A stretch of DNA of 64,000 nt from Carcharhinus longimanus (lineage: Eukaryota): contig JASCQW010000098.1 in assembly GCA_030264375.1 (NCBI GenBank), forward strand, positions 46,505,109 through 46,569,108. The letters are read 5' to 3'. Under the pieces are notes generated by a model that saw only the letters and a program-made list of their open reading frames with translations, had not been told where the DNA came from and ran no database searches. Each line of letters begins with the position of its first letter. The stretch's first letter is position 1. The position numbers and the translations under genes were made by a program. Of this stretch, positions 63,725 through 64,000 are shown in pieces.

Positions 63725-64000
63725 TGGTGTAGAGTCATTTGTACAGAGCTAGGTGGGAAAGTAAGCTGTAACATTAATAGGCTGTAATGGGATGAAGACC
63801 AGTAAGTGGATGGGATACAAAGCGGCAGATGGAGTATTAAGTGGAGAAAAGTGAAACTACTCCCTTTGGTAGGCAGAATGAGAATATTTTTTAAAAGCTG
63901 AGAGATTAATAAATGTTGGTATACCGAAGGATCGGGATGCCTCATAAATGAATCACAGAATGTTAACATACAGGCACAGCAATCAATTTGGATGTTTTGG
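63725..64000 (+). mobile_element. CR1 RT fragment running off the window
   Basis: Degenerate tttgtacagag...ggcagatggagtattaagtggagaaaagtgaa, similar to the other CR1 copies. Confidence 0.6.

Noticed and set aside
1-64000. CRISPR arrays, operons or prokaryotic defence systems
   Set aside because: Vertebrate intronic DNA; no regularly spaced repeat-spacer structure or gene-dense region was seen.

Overview
Vertebrate draft-assembly genomic DNA (many N gaps), almost certainly an elasmobranch (shark), judging from abundant HE1-type V-SINEs and CR1/HER1 LINEs. The only well-supported host coding sequence is one large minus-strand exon of angiomotin-like 1 (AMOTL1) at 3057-3984. It has canonical splice sites and intact tankyrase-binding, LPTY/PPEY and LATS-site motifs. 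The other ~60 kb is 5' intron/upstream DNA dominated by transposon debris: V-SINEs with two tail types, DeuSINEs, CR1, L2 and Rex1 LINE fragments, Penelope-like elements, Harbinger-like MITEs and possible LTR remnants. Most notable: (1) a ~310 bp element headed by U2 snRNA 5' sequence, with a diverged relative elsewhere in the window, a candidate snRNA-derived SINE; (2) a ~1 kb Penelope palindrome with a GIY-YIG remnant and a minimal hammerhead ribozyme whose visible core is intact; (3) a CpG-enriched candidate AMOTL1 promoter with a tandem TEAD site and putative 5'UTR exons. Repeat boundaries were read by eye and are approximate. Family names come from recalled consensus features, not database searches.
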